Assembly: GCA_963751345.1 (NCBI GenBank)
Contig: CAVVUS010000024.1
Coordinates: 103,918-167,917, forward strand
Length of the DNA: 64,000 bases
DNA from: an uncultured Chloroflexia bacterium
Lineage (GTDB): Bacteria; Chloroflexota; Anaerolineae; B4-G1; SLSP01
Direction of reading: 5' to 3'
Below the pieces are notes generated by a model. That model saw only the letters and a program-made list of their open reading frames with translations. It ran no database searches and had not been told where the DNA came from. Position 1 is the stretch's first letter. Each line of letters opens with the position of its first letter. This document shows positions 61,186 through 64,000 of the stretch, piece by piece. The position numbers and the translations under genes are program-made.

Positions 61186-62424
61186 GTGAGTAGCTGGCTT
61201 GTGAAGAACCTGAGTCTCATCTTTGTATCGCTGTTATTGGCGTTCTTTTTCTGGGCCGTCGCCACCGAGGCAGAGGATCCAACCACGACACAGGCCTTCA
61301 ACACCCCCATACCCGTGGAAATTCGTGGACTGCCGGATGGGATGACGACGTATGGCGCAGAATCGGCTCGCGTTCGCGTTGAGATCACCGCGCCCCAGTC
61401 GGTATGGGACAGGCTGCAGGTTGAGGACATCCAGGCCTACGTTGACCTATCCAATGTAGAAACAGGCACCGTTCAGGCCCCCGTACAGGTAGTCATCAAC
61501 GTGCAACCGGCCAAGATCGCCAGCATCACACCCAAGGAGATTCAACTCACTGTCGAGAATGTCGCAGAGAAGGAAATTCCGGTTGTCGTGAGGGTTCAGG
61601 GCAGCCCGGCTCTGGGCTTCACAGCCGGGCAGCGCCAAGTCGCACCGGAATCAGTCCGTGTCAGCGGGCCGCAATCCAAAGTCGATCAGGTGACCGAAGC
61701 CCTGGTGATCGTCTCGGTCGCGGACCTTCAAAGGGATCTACGGGCCGACTATAAGCCGGTTCCGGTGGATCGAAATGAGAACGAAGTACTGCTGGTAGAG
61801 GTAGTGCCAAGCTCGGTCACGGTGTACGTGCCGATAACCCAGTGGCTCGACACCCGTGACGTGCCCGTGGACCCCACAATCGTGGGACAGCCCGCCCCGG
61901 GCTATCGCGTTGCGGACATCGAGTACGCTCCGCAGGTCCTCACCGTATATGGTCGCGCCGATGTCCTGGAAACTACAACAGCTATCCAGACCGATCCGGT
62001 CAATATGGAAGGGATTACAGAGACGCTGGAGGTCACAGTTGCGCTGCGGCTGCCCACGGGACTCTTTGTCTTCTCATCTGAGTCCAGTGCGGCAATCACG
62101 CTGACGATCGAGGCCGTCCGGAGCGGGCTTAACCTTGAGATCACGCCTACCGTTCGCGGCCTCGGCCCGAACCTGACCGTCACCGTTGGCCTGGATACGG
62201 TCATCGTCATCCTCAGCGGGCCATTGTCGGAAATGGAAGCACTGGACCCATCGACCGTCCAGGCCGTCCTGGATCTTACCGGCTACGCTCCTGGAGAGTA
62301 CAGCATCACGCCGACCATCGTGGTCCCGAACGCGATCGATGTTGAAAACATCACGCCGCAGGCTGTGCCTGTTCGAATCGAGGCCGTAGTACCTCCGACA
62401 GGAACGACCGGCGGCTTGAGATGA
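61186..62424 (+). CDS. cdaR: CdaR/YbbR-domain regulator
   Basis: N-terminal TM 'SLLLAFFFW', repeated YbbR units 'P..V.V.G', adjacent to cdaA. Confidence 0.88.
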   Translation: MSSWLVKNLSLIFVSLLLAFFFWAVATEAEDPTTTQAFNTPIPVEIRGLPDGMTTYGAESARVRVEITAPQSVWDRLQVEDIQAYVDLSNVETGTVQAPVQVVINVQPAKIASITPKEIQLTVENVAEKEIPVVVRVQGSPALGFTAGQRQVAPESVRVSGPQSKVDQVTEALVIVSVADLQRDLRADYKPVPVDRNENEVLLVEVVPSSVTVYVPITQWLDTRDVPVDPTIVGQPAPGYRVADIEYAPQVLTVYGRADVLETTTAIQTDPVNMEGITETLEVTVALRLPTGLFVFSSESSAAITLTIEAVRSGLNLEITPTVRGLGPNLTVTVGLDTVIVILSGPLSEMEALDPSTVQAVLDLTGYAPGEYSITPTIVVPNAIDVENITPQAVPVRIEAVVPPTGTTGGLR

Positions 62425-62430
62425 TAAGGG

Positions 62431-62481
62431 AAGGGTGCCTGGCAATCACACCGCTGAACGTCGGTAGTGTCAGGCACCCTT
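62431..62481. terminator. Hairpin between convergent cdaR and sufU
   Basis: aagggtgcctggca...tgtcaggcaccctt. Confidence 0.55.
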
Positions 62482-62494
62482 GTTTCACCTTACC

Positions 62495-62884
62495 CTAGCT
62501 CTGCTGCTCCTCCAACTCACGTAGCCCTTGCTTCATCGCATTAAGAGACAGCAGTGCGCACTTCACGCGCCCCATGCTCAGCTTGATCCCGCCCATCATC
62601 TCCTGAACGTCACTCAGGCCCATCACTTCGATCTCTTCAAGCGTCTTTCCCACAAGCTCCTCGGTCATCATGGAAGACGCAGCCATACTGACCACGCAGC
62701 CTTGGCCTTCAAACATCACTTTGGCGATACGTCCCTCGGAATCCAATTGTGCCGTGAGGTGAATCATGTCCCCACACGTTGGGTTGTCCATCTCCACGTC
62801 AATATCGGCATCATCCAAAATGCCGAAATTCAGCGGATTGTGATAGTGATCCAATAATTGCTCACGGTATAGATCATGACTCAT
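62495..62884 (-). CDS. sufU: SufU/IscU-type Fe-S scaffold protein
   Basis: 'LYRE.LLDHY..P.N', 'NPTCGD', 'GQGC', 'RVKCA'; RBS GGAGG. Confidence 0.9.
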   Translation of the reverse strand: MSHDLYREQLLDHYHNPLNFGILDDADIDVEMDNPTCGDMIHLTAQLDSEGRIAKVMFEGQGCVVSMAASSMMTEELVGKTLEEIEVMGLSDVQEMMGGIKLSMGRVKCALLSLNAMKQGLRELEEQQS

Positions 62885-62911
62885 AGATGCCTCCTACTGA
62901 TCCTGACGCAA

Positions 62912-63951
62912 CTAACTAAAGGCGAGATCTGGGTAGACCTCGCGGGTGAAACCTTGGATGACCGAGACCTTGTGGCGGAGACGCGCGATGGCTTTGCGGA
63001 GCTGGTCCCGTAACTCAGCCAGACTATGACAGCACACATTCCGCAGTTCCACCCGTTTCAGATAGTTCCAGACCCCCTCGTCGGGGTTCAGGTCGGGCGC
63101 ATAACTGGGCAACTGCGCCAGATGCATGCGCTGAGTACCCCCAGCTCGCAGAAAGTCTTTGATGACATTGCTACGATGAGCCGGGAGCCGATCCCATACC
63201 ACCAGCAGCTTGCCGGGAATGTGCCGCAACAGGTGTTTCAGAAAGTCCACAATGGCAGCTCCGTCAAAGCTCTCCGGGCGCGTCGTCGTGTACAGCCGGC
63301 CCGCAGGCGTCACCGCGCTGATCACCGACAGATGCTCCCAGTAGCGGTAGCGCAAGATCGGCGTCTCCCCCTGGGGCGCATACGTGCGCACCGCCGCAGG
63401 CAGCAGATAGAAGCCCGCTTCGTCTACGAAGACGAGCGTGCGTCCTTCGCGCTGCGCTTTTTTTTGAGATCCGGCAGCGTTTCCGTTCGCCACGCTGCCA
63501 CCTCCTCCTCATCGCGCTGGTCGGCACGCTCCGCAGGCTTCTGGCGCGTCCAGCCGATCTTCTGCAGCAACCGCCCTACGTGTCGCGGCGTGTACGTGAT
63601 GCCGAATTCCTGGGCGATCACCGCGCGCACCCGCTTCTGGGTCCACACCTCCCCGCGAAAGTCATATGCTTCCGGCCCGCGCTGCAGACACTGCGCCAAA
63701 CGTTCCAGATCTGCTGCGCTGAGGCCGGGCCGGCGCCCGCTCTCTTCGCGGCGGCTGCGTAACGCTGCTAAGCCCTCTTCGCGGACCCGCTTGAACCACT
63801 GGCTGACTGCGCCTTCGGTCACCCCCAGCGCTTCAGCTATCCGCGCTTGGCTCCACCCTGCTTCGTGCAACTGCCAGGCCCGGAACCGGCGCCACTCCCA
63901 GTGGTCGCGAAAGGTAGTTGGTACTGCGTCTCGTTCTCGTTCTGTACTCAT
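62912..63951 (-). CDS. IS630 transposase, OrfA+OrfB joined by a -1 frameshift at an A8G tract (63457-63465)
   Basis: HTH OrfA 'WSQARIAEALGV'; DDE OrfB 'VFVDEAGF', 'VWD..PAH', 'LPSYAPDLNPDE'. Confidence 0.92.
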
Positions 63952-63985
63952 ACCTCCAGTCTACCACATTGGTGCGCTTTAAGTA
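62913..63985 (-). mobile_element. IS630-family insertion sequence (~1.07 kb) with TA duplication
   Basis: TA at 62913-14 and 63984-85; imperfect TIRs (actaaaggcg..ggtagac and cttaaagcgc..ggtagac); the reconstructed empty site contains CTAG. Confidence 0.85.
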
Positions 63986-64000
63986 GTTATGTCAGGATCA

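Overview
GC-rich bacterial chromosomal segment, probably Chloroflexota/Anaerolineae. That assignment is an inference from the NusA architecture, short IF2, archaeal-type Asd and Pro/Thr-rich anchored proteins. It is mostly housekeeping DNA: a complete Phe/Tyr operon (aroH-pheA-aroF-tyrA-aroA-aroE-tyrS-aroC-flavodoxin-aroKB-aroQ-aminotransferase), nusA-ylxR-infB-rbfA-DHH-truB, ribF, rsmI, rlmB-cysS-PIN/TRAM, a TPP-riboswitch thiN-thiBPQ operon, lysC-asd-thrC, kbl, argF, cdaA-cdaR, sufU and an IS630 element. Many genes carry single-base frameshifts, most likely assembly indels. The main candidate for an undescribed system is the operon at 15336-21391 (-). It encodes two signal-less gingipain/caspase-fold (clan CD) Cys proteases and three copies of one unnamed ~120-aa domain: fused to one protease, inside a protein with a hydrophobic C-terminal hairpin, and stand-alone. 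Other highlights are an unannotated Tyr/Phe leader-peptide attenuator ahead of the aro operon, a circularly permuted iPGM, a circularly permuted HAD enzyme in the threonine operon, an orphan LysW-like protein lacking the terminal Gly-Glu, an in-frame palindromic insert in a membrane protein gene, and IS630 inserted at the axis of a palindrome. All family calls come from motif recognition; no searches were run.
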